A stretch of DNA of 64,000 bases, taken from the NCBI RefSeq assembly GCF_006345805.1, contig NC_043025.1, positions 3,348,001-3,412,000 of the forward strand, read 5' to 3'. Every line of letters starts with the position of its first letter. The first letter of the stretch is position 1. Source of the stretch: Octopus sinensis. Lineage: Eukaryota. A model generated the notes under the pieces. It ran no database searches. It saw nothing but the letters and a program-made list of their open reading frames with translations, and was not told the origin of the DNA. The translations under genes were made by a program, and so were the position numbers. Below are positions 13,746 through 26,052 of this stretch, piece by piece.

Positions 13746-13930
13746 GAGGATGATATAATATAGATGAAACTTGCACAAATGATGATGATGATGTAATTTT
13801 TTTCTGATGAAGCAAACGATTAGAAAAATAATGCCGTCAGTTGTAAGTTCTAATTATTAGGTTAGCATTGCAGCTGATTTGTTTAATCTGTCTGCTATGT
13901 ATGTGAGTGTGTGTGAGTGTGTGTGTGTGT

Positions 13931-14006
<76 letters not shown>

Positions 14007-14162
14007 ATATTTAAAATTGTAAGTTGCATCAGATAATGTGTACACAATAACTAGTCTATACGACAATAAATGAAATTATTTTCCAATTCAAATGTATTCC
14101 ATCAATTCGGGTGTTTATAACAAAATGGTTAACGAGAGAGTAATCATGAGAACATTTGGTAC

Positions 14163-14334
14163 CTGTGTGTTTGCTTCCGTTTCATCAGTTCCGTAGGAAA
14201 CGCCATAGAAAAGACCATCGAAACTATCCTGATTCACTTTGGAAACACCAATACCAAGATTTGAGTATAAAACGTTGACTTGCTGCTCTTCCAGTGGAAT
14301 TGTTTTTGGCAATATTTTTATAATGCCCAGCATT
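14163..14334 (-). CDS. Adhesion GPCR-like exon 11 (GAIN): MLGIIKILPKTIPLEEQQVNVLYSNLGIGVSKVNQDSFDGLFYGVSYGTDETEANTQ
   Basis: cttcAG|A ATG...CAG|GTacca; 172 nt, phase 2-0. Confidence 0.88.
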
Positions 14335-14594
14335 CTGAAGAGAAAATCAAGAAAACGATTTTTAATTAACAGTGTGCTTCTAATACGTAATTAGCTATAG
14401 GTGTAATTACACTAATTAGCTTAGCTAACAAGGCTTGTATGCTACTGATGCTTCTACTACTTTCGTTGTTGCTAGGTTAGCGTTGATGCAGCAAATTTTA
14501 TTATTTGTGCCGCTCCAAATATGGCTTCGGCTACTGCTACTTTTCTTTTTCTCTCTCTTTCTTCTTCTTCTTCTTCTTCTTCTTCTTCTTCTTT

Positions 14595-14630
<36 letters not shown>

Positions 14631-14654
14631 ACAGAAAACAGATTTGAATATTAC

Positions 14655-14877
14655 CTGCTGATACTTCTATTAGATAGTTCTGCCTCAGCCAAAACCTTCT
14701 CTGGTGTGTTTATTATATTGTTTATACCACGTATAATTTTCAGTCTTGTGTCAGCCGATGCGTTCAATGGCACAATTTTCTCGAGAATATCTACAGCCAA
14801 GTCAATATCTTGTTGTTTGAAATACACTGATTTCTGCGAAACATTCAATGCCTCTTTCGAAATATTGGCGATATTCC
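14655..14877 (-). CDS. Adhesion GPCR-like exon 10 (GAIN subdomain-A-like helices): NIANISKEALNVSQKSVYFKQQDIDLAVDILEK...AELSNRSIS
   Basis: ttgcAG|GG AAT...AGC AG|GTaata; 223 nt, phase 1-2. Confidence 0.88.
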
Positions 14878-15304
14878 CTGCAATGAAAAATTTAACATGA
14901 AATTTAATGGAATTACAATCGATTTGAGTTCAAACATTAAACGCAAATTAAATGTCACAAAACAATTAATGAATCACCGGAAGTTAATTAACGACTCCAG
15001 CTTTAAGGAACTTAATGTGTTCAGTTCATCGGTTGTTCAGTTCATCGTTATACAGTCTTAGGGGCCCCTGCACTGTAACATTAACTGGAACAGCGGGGCA
15101 GTTACGCAACACTAGGGATCCCTTTATAGGTGAGTAAGGCAGACACTTGACGGTGGTGGAAGGGTGTTTGTACGTAATATCATTGACAATCAATGAACTG
15201 CGATACACCAACCATCATAAACCGCCATTAATTTCAACGCAATTATTTTTCCAATGCCAAGGTGAATCTAAACGAAAAAGGGTCGCTGTTCTAAGGAATA
15301 ATAT

Positions 15305-15505
15305 TGGCTTCAAATTTTGACACAAGGCCAGCAATTGTGGGGGAGGGTGTAAGTCAGTTACATTGACCCCCAATGCTCGACTCCGAAAGGATGAAAGATA
15401 AAGTGAACCTCAGCGGAATTTGAACTCAGAAAGTGAAGACAGACGAAATGCCGCCAAGCACTTCCTTCACCCGACCTGCTAACGATTCTGCCACCTCACT
15501 TCCTC
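15305..15505 (-). mobile_element. Abundant tRNA-derived SINE family (other copies ~16430-16640, 34455-34657, 48200-48410, 48415-48620)
   Basis: Shared plus-strand core AAGGATGAAAGG(C/T)AAAGTCGACCTCGGCGGAATTTGAACTCAGAAC...ACGATTCTGCC; the reverse complement has a B-box GAGTTCAAATTCC. Confidence 0.75.
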
Positions 15506-16045
15506 AATCTAAAGAGTAAAATTGAAAGGTTTTCATCAAGATTTTTAAAAGAAAGTGAAGTCATCAAATGACTGTGTGCCTATGAAAATATCTTCAATTT
15601 TACAGCGCATAATAACACTTGAGAGTGGTAAATTGCTCATTTTCTATGATAAACAGCTATGTGGACAGCGTCATTGTAGATTTATAACCCAACATAATGT
15701 ATGCGGAGAAGTATGTACCAGTAACTATCTTTGTTGTTTTTCTACTTCTCTATGTAGTCAGCCCATCGGCAGAAAGTTAAGGAAGGAGTAGTTTTAACGA
15801 TATAAAAATAGACGCAACTCTCCTAATTAATAAAATGTGTCATAACGATTCCATAAGTGAATCAATTGATCTGCAATTGGACGAGATGAATATATTGCTG
15901 GAGAACTGAAAAGGGTGCTACCGCTTGAAAGATAAAATATTAATTAGCAACAAACACACACGTATATGGTGGTCGTAAGGAAGGAGAAATGCAAAGACAC
16001 ATACATATACAGTAAAAGTATTTCGAATCATAATCACTCGCTTAC

Positions 16046-16215
16046 TTTGATCAATGTCTTGGCTTCTGATGTCTTTTAGTCGTCGAGTGATCCCCTCAGT
16101 ATTGTAACATTGTGACATGTCTGGTTCTTGCCAGATACCAGTAAATGGTGAACATTTTAGTGATGTCCTAGATTGGTTTGATGCCATTTCTGGATGCTTC
16201 ACCGTCCTGGAAGAA
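16046..16215 (-). CDS. Adhesion GPCR-like exon 9 (HRM C-half): SSRTVKHPEMASNQSRTSLKCSPFTGIWQEPDMSQCYNTEGITRRLKDIRSQDIDQ
   Basis: tttttcAG|T TCT...CAA A|GTaagc; 170 nt, phase 2-1; G-x-W-x-x-P-D-x-S-x-C hormone-receptor motif. Confidence 0.9.
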
Positions 16216-16960
16216 CTGAAAAAATAAATGTAAGACATTCTCTCATCAATCTCAGAGTAATGAAGAGATCATAGACCTGGTTGGGATTTGAACTCATAAT
16301 CTAGTGAAAGAAGAGTAAATAGTGTAATGCGTTTTTGTAAGACGTCTATTATTTATTCCAGATTCCGATCCTCAAAATAAATATAAAATGAATTTTCCAA
16401 CTGGACGAGCTGATGTTTTGTTAAATATTGCTTTCAAATGTTGGCACAAGACCAACCATTTTGGAGGGGAGGCTAAGTCTATTGCACCTACCCCAATGCT
16501 CAAAAGGGGCATATTTTATCGATTCCTACGGAGAAAAGGCAAAGTTAACCTCGACGGAATTTGATATCAGAACATAAAGACAGACGAAGCGCTGCTAAAC
16601 ATTTCGCCTGACGAGTTAACGATTCTGCCAGTTTGCCTTCAATCTTTGTCTAATATTGGCAACAAATCAAATCTTGGAAGTTAGACCAAAGCAAAATTGT
16701 GTCACATAATATATAAAACACTTACAAAACACATAATATATAAAACACATAATACATAAAATACATAATATATAAAACATATAATATATAAAACATATAA
16801 AATGTAAAATTGTTGACAAGCGATTTCAACCGAAGGACATTAATCTCGTCATCTTAATCTCTCTTGGCGTTTTATTTCCTCTACCATGTAACATTCTCTC
16901 ATAATATGATGACACAGAAAACTACAGATTCTGAGAAGAAATGAAACAATAGAAACGAAC

Positions 16961-17072
16961 CAGAGTCTCGTTGCTACATTTGCATGGCATGGAATCGTCG
17001 CATTGCTTCCTATTTTCGTCACTGGCCAATGGAAAATACCATTATTTGAGGTTGTGTCTTCATTACAAGACC
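16961..17072 (-). CDS. Adhesion GPCR-like exon 8 (HRM N-half): SCNEDTTSNNGIFHWPVTKIGSNATIPCHANVATRL(C)
   Basis: ttttccAG|GG TCT...CTC TG|GTtcgt; 112 nt, phase 1-2; C...W..T..G.....PC...A.R.C pattern. Confidence 0.9.
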
Positions 17073-17119
17073 CTGGAAAAGAAGCAAAACATGTATATGG
17101 TAAAAGCCACTAGTAGTAA

Positions 17120-17186
<67 letters not shown>

Positions 17187-17789
17187 TGTGGTGACGGTGG
17201 TGGTAGTAGTAGTAGTAGCAGCAGCAGTAGTAGTAGTAGTAGTAGTTGCTGTTGTAAATAAATAGTTTGGACGTGCTGGCTGAGTTGAGGGCAATGATTC
17301 ATGAATCGTTATCAGTATATCTGGAGAGACATACTCTTGTGCTAACAGGAATCTGCTCATTTTGTTCTATTTTTAGGATATTTTGTAATTATTAAATTAT
17401 CTCCTTGAGGCAAGCCAGGCGTGACCTCAACATTGAACTATTAATCAATTCCCTCGAAAATGCCTCGCCATCAACCTTCCAAGATGTTTCAAGAAAGAAA
17501 GATTTACTTCCTTAGTGAGATAAGTACAAAGCATGGACATGTAAAGCAGTGACATACAGGTAGTCCTTAAAAAAGAAGGGTTCTGATTAAAGAAGGATGA
17601 ACTAACGAGATATGGGGGTGCCAAATCTTGTCCGAAATAAACTCTACTACTTCAAAGTGCTCTTCAATACTTGGTAGAACAAGGGACCAGTCACAGAATC
17701 AAAATAAAAGAGTGGTCTACTGTGTGTGTATGTGTGTGTGTGTGTGTGTGTGTGCGTGCGTGTGTGCGTATGTGTGTATGTATGAATAT

Positions 17790-17950
17790 TATATGTGGAG
17801 GCGCAGGCGTTTTTCTGTCGTAAAATCTTGTTTCCAAACCTCATGGTTCCTGGTTCAGTTCCACTATGTGGCAGTTTGAGCAGGTGTCTTTATCTATAGC
17901 CTCGGGCCAGAGTGGATTTGGTAGGCGGAAACTGAAAGAAGCCCGTCATA
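17790..17950 (+). mobile_element. SINE fragment (same family as 381-794)
   Basis: CATGGTTCCTGGTTCAGTTCCACTATGTGGCAG...GTGGATTTGGTAGGCGGAAACTGAAAGAAGCCCGTC. Confidence 0.65.
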
Positions 17951-18966
17951 CATACATACATACATACATGTATACATACATACATACCTACCAACCTACC
18001 TACCTACCTACCTACCTACCTACCTACCTACCTACACACATACATACATACATACATACATAATACATACATACATATATACATACATACATACATACAT
18101 ACATACATACATACATACATACATGCATACATACATACATACATATATTTATTCTGGAAATACATAGACTTTAGGTTGACACTTGGTGCTGTTAAAAACA
18201 GATGAAACGAACGAACCTAATGCAGAACATGATATCCTTGTTCGACAGAGGCAAGGGATTTGTTTCCATTGCATGTTTGTTAGACGTGGATGAAAAAGCT
18301 TCAGTTGTGTATGAGCATCTATCTTTCCTTGTTGAAAAGGGAACATGAATACGTCGCACAAAGTGAATTTGTGCCCAGACAAATTGTTTGCAACATCAAA
18401 TAATTTCCCTGTTTGAGCTAAAGAAAACATCCGAATTTTGTTAATCTGTCAGTGAAGCGCTGAGCTTGCATCTGTTGAAAATATCTTTTGGCTTTGGGTA
18501 ATTTGCATAATTGAAACGAAACGAAAATGCAAGAACACAAACAGCCGAGCGAGACAAACAGATGGAATTTGAGTGAAGAAAGGTACACAAAAGAAAAATT
18601 GCTGATTTATTGAAAACATTCTGGTTTCGAGAACAGGTAAAGAAACAGATGTGTGTGTGTTTTCACTGAATGGTATTAGCAACTGATGATGATGACGATG
18701 ATGACGATGATGATGGTAATGGTGAAGATAAATCTAATTATGATCAAAAAGTAACAATGGTGACAGCAACAACAGCTTCCGGAAGATTTCAGAAGAGATT
18801 CATAAGAGGAACGCGAGAGCAACAGTGACAAGTATGGAGAGAAAAACAGCTTTGGTTGCAACAACACTCCATCGAGGGTGCGGAAAATAAGGAAGATGAC
18901 AACAATTAGCACAACAGCAATACAGATCACAACAGAGCTACCACAATCTCTAACAATAACACCAAC

Positions 18967-19007
<41 letters not shown>

Positions 19008-19068
19008 ATTGTGTTAGCAATAGTATGAAGGTAATTGTGATAGAAATAATAAGAAAATTATGTCCTAC

Positions 19069-19226
19069 TTTCATCAATTAATTCTATATTCTGCTGTTGA
19101 ATTTCCAAATCCTGCAGCGTCTTGGATGAATTTATAACATTATATATGTTGTGCCTCAGCTCATCTTTAGTAACATTTCTGACCACCTCACTGTATATAG
19201 TAAATATTTTTTTCCGTTCTGCTGAA
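19069..19226 (-). CDS. Adhesion GPCR-like exon 7 (SEA-like segment): SAERKKIFTIYSEVVRNVTKDELRHNIYNVINSSKTLQDLEIQQQNIELIDE
   Basis: tatttcAG|T TCA...GAA A|GTagga; 158 nt, phase 2-1; fits both neighbouring exons. Confidence 0.82.
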
Positions 19227-19289
19227 CTGAAATAAAAATTAATAAATACATACGTACATACATTGATACATACATACATATATACATAC

Positions 19290-19352
<63 letters not shown>

Positions 19353-19405
19353 ATTATATATATATATACGTATAATATAATATAATATAATATAATGTTA
19401 TATAT

Positions 19406-19930
19406 AACTAGCAGTATCGCCCGGCGTTGCTCGGGTTTGTAAGGGAAATAACTATATAAGCATTTTTAGTGAGTTATAGCAAAAAAATAGCAAAAAATGC
19501 ATTAAAAATGGAATAAAAAATGATGGTAATTTTGGTGTCTTCAAGCCATGAAGTCGTTGTTCTAAAAGAACGCTGGTCTCCTTGACAATGCTTTACGACG
19601 TTGATTTCCTTACACTCCCTTCCCCACAGCTTCACGAGGGAGGGAAGAAGGGGGAGAAGCAAACAGGTGCAGGTGTGACCATGGACGCCAACTCCGCCGC
19701 CATCGACACACGAAAAATTATGCATTAAAATGGAATAAAAAATGATGTTAAATTATTTTTAAAATCGTAGACTCATCGTAGACGCGCACTAATACCCAGA
19801 AGGGCTCGATATGAATCACGACTATAAGATACCCGAATTTGGTTAAACTGTACCGCAAAATGTGGGAGTAGTTAAGAATCTAAATCGAAGGGGACAGACA
19901 CTCACACAACTACAGTTTTATATATATAGA
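19406..19930 (+). mobile_element. Non-autonomous Helentron/HINE (DINE-1/Lep1-like) element
   Basis: Starts ACTAGCAGTATCGCCCGGCGTTGCTCGGG (subterminal hairpin); ends ...GGGAGTAGTTAAGAATCTAAATC...GACAGACA...CAGTTTTATATATA; sits in (TA)n. Confidence 0.55.
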
Positions 19931-21195
19931 TATAATATATGTGTGTGTTAAACAAGAGTGAGCAGAATTTTTCTGGTCGATGGCAATCTGCTTTTAAAGA
20001 TTTTGTCCTAGTGACAGAAATCTAAATTGCACCGTTATATAACACTGACCACTGACTCACCGGACAAGCTTTCATTTACAGATTATGGATAACAATGTAT
20101 CCACACTGGTGCGTGTCACACCTATTTCTTTACTTTGATATGGCTGCGATTATTACCTAGTTGATTACAGGTGTCAAATGAAACAATTATACCACGATTG
20201 CAAAACATATGTGCCTATGTTAGCAAACAAATACATACAGACATTCTTGCATGCATAAGCAAGCACCACCCCCATACCCATACACACGTGATCTAGTATT
20301 CCCCCGCCAGTTCTAAACGTTCTTTTGTCGGCTGTTAATATTCTGTGCTTATTAGTATTATGCTTTCTCAGCGGCTTTATGACATTCTAAGTATACCCAG
20401 GTTAAATAGGATATATATATATATATGCTTATCTCTGCTGATTTCCTACGGAGTTTATACAAATCCAAAAAGTGGAACAAGAACGCAATATTAAAACATC
20501 CGGATAGATAGACGGACAGGAAAAATGATAAAAAGATGTACAGGAAAAAATAAGGACGTAAATCCTTCTCGTCAGACAAGTTCCAAATTATCCTTACAGT
20601 TTCGAGCAGTTACACTTGAAACTGTTCGAATCTAGCTGCTCTCGAAAATCTAAGCTAGAAGCATTAAATTTGGGGGAGAAAGCAAGCGAATATGTACGAC
20701 AACAAAGACAAATAACGGAGAACATGTTACACAATTACAAATACAAACAACAGGACAATAAGAACCGGTGTCCTTCGACTGCGAAGGACGAATCAAGTTT
20801 AGACGGTGTGTGTAGAGTGAAAGCCTTGAGGCAGGATCATTGGAGGTGAACATAAGAGATGAAAGTCAAGAGACAGGAATATAAGAGATGCTTCGCGTCC
20901 GGTAGTCAAGCAAAGAAAGCAGGACAGATAATGTCTGGTCGAACACCAGTCACGTGGAAGTAGAGCAATAGTATCAGAAATATAAATATTTCTGATACCA
21001 TTGCTCTTTCTTCAGTACCACAATTAGCCTAATTAATTATCCATGAATATATTGCTTAACAAGCCACTACGTGGAACCTGCCTATGACTAATGTAAATGA
21101 TTTCAATTCAATTTTAACCATCCTTGAAATCCATTTAACACAATATGCACACACAAGTAAAAACCATAATTAATTATGGAATTTACCACCATTAA

Positions 21196-21330
21196 TCTTT
21201 ATATATATAAGACTGAGAATGTGTGTATGTCTGTCTGTCTGTCTGTCTGTGTGTGTTTCCCTAAAACTTGAGAACTACACAACCAATTTCATTCAAATTT
21301 TACACATGCCTTACTTAGAGCGAGCCCATA
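21196..21330 (+). mobile_element. Helitron-like 5' end
   Basis: TCTTTATATATATAAG...(GTCT)n...ACTACACAACCAATTTCATTCAAATTTTACAC resembles a Helitron TC-start terminus; no matching 3' end found. Confidence 0.4.
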
Positions 21331-22582
21331 ACAATATCATATCTTCTCCACTATTTCAGTATTACGTGTTAAAAGTGAAACAAAAACGTTTCTCTATTTT
21401 ATGTCAGATACTTTCACTTTAACAATTAAAATAGTAATAACAATTGAATTATATGTAGTAAGTAATAATTAAAATCAAACTAAAGTATAATATAATTGTA
21501 ACATAACAAAAGTAAAAATAGCAATTGGTATAAAATTGCATCAATGACTTGAACTTGAATAAGTGGTTTCACATGAATAGGAATAAATAAAAAATAAACT
21601 TAGTGTGCAGAAATGGAATAGTCCAGATGGATAATAAAAAATTAAATTAAAGACAAGACTATTGTCTATAAAGTATACAATGTAGAGAAAAAAGAAGATT
21701 TGAACACCTGGAGGAAAGCATCTTCGAAACGTGTCTTGGTGCGACTATGAAAGATATCTAACCAGAGGCGGTAAATTCGCCACGATAGAAGCAAGGTTCG
21801 AGTCAACGGAGCGTGCAAGGGAGTACTCGGCTCGAACTTGCAAAGTGGAAATATTTTATTTTTACCTTTATATATGGGACGTAGGACATCCCGGAAAAAA
21901 ATTTTAAATGCCCCCTCCCCCCACCAGAAGTAGAGGTAGGCTGGATTGTAGCCACACTCCTATACAAGAGGGAGGACAAAATACAATTGATCGAAATTAC
22001 AAGAGACTGGCTAACAATTTCAGTCTGTTATATATTTTGAGTATTGTTATCACTAGCGATATCAAGATATAACTTTGTATTTTGTATTTTATGTGTATAT
22101 ATATATATATATATAGATTATTAGTTTACACACACACTCAAATAATTCTACGATTCAATAAATTTTCCACACAATTATAATTCCTTCTTCAAAACAACAT
22201 ATTCCCAAAAATAAAAAAACACAAACATACACATACACACACCACTATAAATAAACAAAAATATACACACAACAACAAAATACTCACACACAAATCAACA
22301 TATTCTGAAAAACAAAACACACACACACATCACAAAAAAGAAAGATATACGCACAAACACACACACATCACAATAGACAAAAACACACACACTCACGCAC
22401 GCAAGAAAAACACACATACACACTCACTTGAAAGACTTCACCAGGTGGTGCTATTAAGTTAGACATGGCCTGGGCCAATGATGGCCGAAACCTATCAAAG
22501 TATCAAAGTATATGTGTGTGTATACATACATCTTGTGTGTATTTGTGTGTGTATGTATGTTCGTATATGTGTATATGTATGG

Positions 22583-25500
22583 CCCACTCAAGTAGAGAGT
22601 TATTGTTTACAGAGACATATCCGGGTGTAGGGGGTTTATCCGGGATTTCTTGAAGGAATCTGTCCAAAGACTTCTTGAACCCTATAGGGTCAGTTTCTGT
22701 TTTAATGTGTTTTGGTGTAATGTTAAAGAGAGCGGGGCCAATTGAGGTGAAATAATTGGTCCGTATTGTTGTTATGAGATGAGAGTGCGATTTTTGTTGT
22801 GGACGGATGGCACGGGGCCCAAGCCTTGGATGTACCTTAAAGGTGATGCCAACATCATTTGGGCAATGCTGATGGAATATTTTCCACATCATGCAGATGA
22901 TGTAGCGCTCACGGCGACGTTGGAGAGAATAAAGTTTTAGTCGACCCCAATAGTCGAGGCCTGTCATGCCATCTATCTTTTTTGTGATTGTCCTTTGAGG
23001 TGCTTCAAATTTTATGATACTTTGTTTTGTGTGGGGAGACCATTGTGGACAACAGTATTCAAGGTGGGGTCGGGCAAATGTGGAGAAGAGAAGGATAATG
23101 GTGTGGATATCTCTCGACTGGAAAGTTCTGAGAATCCAGGAACACTTTCTGCGGGCCATGTCAATTTTGGTGTTTATATGAGTGGCCCAGCTTATGTTGT
23201 TGTCCACAATTACTCCCAAGTCTCTGATGTTGTTGGATGCCACGAGAGTTTCACCTGAAGGAAGGGAGTATGGGAGTTTCAGGGCATTCTCTTTTCCAAA
23301 GTGGATTAACTCGAATTTATCCTCATTCAGCAGCATATTGTTCTTTTCTGCCCATTGGATAACAGCCAGTAGATCTGACTGAAGGCATGTCCAGTCACTC
23401 GCCTCATTTATGACCTTCTGGAGCTTGGAATCATCTGCAAAGATTTTTATGTTGCTGCGCTTGATGATGTCATTAATGTCATTAATGTAGATGATGAAAA
23501 GAAGTGGGCCCAGCACAGTGCCTTGCGGAACGCCACTACTGACTTTGGCTGGGCTTGATTTTACTCCTTCAACTACAACATGTTGAGATCTGTCTGTCAG
23601 GAAACACTTGATCCATTTCAGTAACTTTCCAGAGACACCAATGCTGGATAGTTTTTTCAATAGGATCTTGTGATCAACCCTGTCGAAGGCCTTGCTGAAA
23701 TCAAGGTAGATGACATCGGTGTTGGAACCCTCTCCCAAAGCTCTCAAAATGTCATCAAAGTGATGCAGGAGCTGCGTTAGGCAGTCCATTCCATTACGGA
23801 ACCCATGCTGGTTAGAGATCGGCCGTCTGTTGCTTTCCAGAAATTGGGTTATTCGAGATCTCACCACCCTCTCAAATACCTTGATGATATGAGAGGTGAG
23901 TGAGATCGGACGGTAGTTCACTGCAAGGGACTTGTTTTTCTTTTTGAAAACTGGGACAACAGACTGGGACAGAAAGTTTTTAGGAATATAGCCAGCATCC
24001 AGTACGTTTCTCCACAGATTAGCAAGGGGAGATGCAAGTTGGTGTCGACACACCTTCAGGACATAAGCAGGGAACCTATCGGGGCCTACTGCTTGTGTTA
24101 AAGTATAATATAATTGTAACATAACAAAAGTAAAAATATATACTTTTATTTCGTTTATCGCCGCTAAGACATCCGATATAGTTTGTTGGGGGTTGACATC
24201 ACTGATACAGCCCAGATCGGCCATATCAGGATTGCTGAAAACAGAGCAGTATTGTTTCTGCAGTATCGCGGCCATGGATTTGGCATTATCTTGGAGAGTG
24301 CCATTTTCATCAATTAGAGGGCCAACAGTGGAGACAGTGACCCTGTGTTTCCTCGCAAATGAAAAGAACACTTTGGGGTTGAGTTTGATTTTTTCAATGG
24401 CCCACTTCTCCTCAACTGATCTTTGGTTATTGATGAGGGTCTTCATGCATTGTTGGAGGTTATATTTTTGGGATTCAAGCAGTGTGATAGCCGTCGAATG
24501 TGTGTGTTGCTATTGGCAGTATTTTAGTTTGTTAATTTTTTTGTTTGTTCTTTTTATTTTTCTGATAATAGTTTTTCTGTTTTGGGGGATTCTGCACTTT
24601 TTGTTCACAGGTCTTGGTGGGGAGTGTTTTGCACATATGATTGTGACGGTGTCTACAAAGATCTGCCAAGATGTTTTATTGTTGGTGGAGATGTGTGTAT
24701 GTGTAAAGGACCAGTCAACATGTTATAGCTCGTTCCTGATTGCATCCCAGTTGGCATTATGGAGATCCATGTTATCAAATGGGTGGACTGGAGGGAGGTC
24801 ACTAGGATTAGCTTTCGGCTGGTGGAATTTCATGTTACAGAGAACCATGTTATTGTCTGAAAGAAGGGTTTTTCTACTGTAATGTTATGTATAGTGTTAG
24901 TGTGGTTACTAAACACTAGGTCCAAAATGTTCTTCTGATGTCTTGTTGGTGCAAGGACAAGTTGGGACAAGAAAAACTCATTCATAAAGTCGAAAAGTGA
25001 CTCTACTGCTTCTTTGTCAGTGCTTGGTTTCAAACAGTTTGTAGTCCAGTCAACACAGGGTAGATTGAAGTCTCCCATCATGAGTAGGTTGCTAGAATGG
25101 CACTGTTGAATAAAGCACTTAATGCTGTTGAGGCATTCTTTAAAGCGCAGTATGGGTGTTTGGGGTGGCCTATAGAGCCCAACTACTGTCAGGTCATTGG
25201 CTTTGTTGTGCACGGTGACTGATTCACAGTAGCCGTTGGAGAATATGCTATTTCCATCTACCGTAAACGAATCATGCAGGAAAATGGCAGTTCCACCCTT
25301 CCTTCTGTCGATACGATCCGCGCGGATGGTTGTGAAATTCTTCACTCTCACTTCGGCTTCCAAGTGGGAGTTGTCAAGGTGGGTCTCAGTGAGAATGAAG
25401 AAAGGGATGTGGTGTGGATGGTTACCAACCCAGTCTTCAATGAATTGGACCTTCTATTTTGTGCATTGATGGAAGGGCTGACACCTTGTGCATTGAGTAG

Positions 25501-25850
25501 AAATGTGGAGGTCAGTGTAGTGGCTGGTTTTGATTGTTGCAGGGGGCTTGGATTTTTTGTGTGTGTTAGTGACAGCAATGCGGAGAATTGGTGCACTGGG
25601 GTAATAGCATAGGATGGTGTTGAGTGATGGCTAGAATGTTTTTGTGTATCTCTTTTGCCATGTTCAACATGGCTAAAAAAGAATTTTCCTGCTTAGGGAG
25701 CAGTTTTTGTATGGAGCTGTGTTTGCACTGTTGGATAGGGTTGTAGTTTCCACTTTTGTTGTTGTTGTTTTTGTGTCTTCGTGAAAAGACTGGACCAGCA
25801 TTACTGCAGCATGGTGTGTTTTTATTTTTATTTTTACTCTGGTTTGTGTG
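22583..25850 (-). mobile_element. CR1-group LINE, near-complete ORF2 (APE + RT), disrupted
   Basis: APE in ORF 24830..25363 (GGTAIF, YRPP, MGDFN, PTR..NILDLVF). RT in ORF 22503..24446 (NYRPISLTS, NQHGFR, YLDFSKAFD, GVPQGTVLGPLLF, FADD, LYSLQRRRERY). Frame breaks between domains; weak ORF1-like remnant at ~25640-25850. Confidence 0.92.
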
Positions 25851-25961
25851 TTGGTTTGAAGCCCTGTTTCTGTTTGTGCGTTATATATATGTGTGTGTGC
25901 ATGTATGTATATATATATATATATATATATTATATACATAAACACATATGTATATATATTG

Positions 25962-26050
<89 letters not shown>

Positions 26051-26052
<2 letters not shown>

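Noticed and set aside
20069-20157. Minus-strand segment with a GTGAGT donor
   Set aside because: Stops in all three frames.
21705-21740. CTGGAGGAAAGCATCTTCGAAACGTGT hammerhead-like string
   Set aside because: Core does not fit CUGANGA; degenerate.
24193-24882. 229-aa plus-strand ORF
   Set aside because: Antisense shadow of the CR1-type LINE ORF2.
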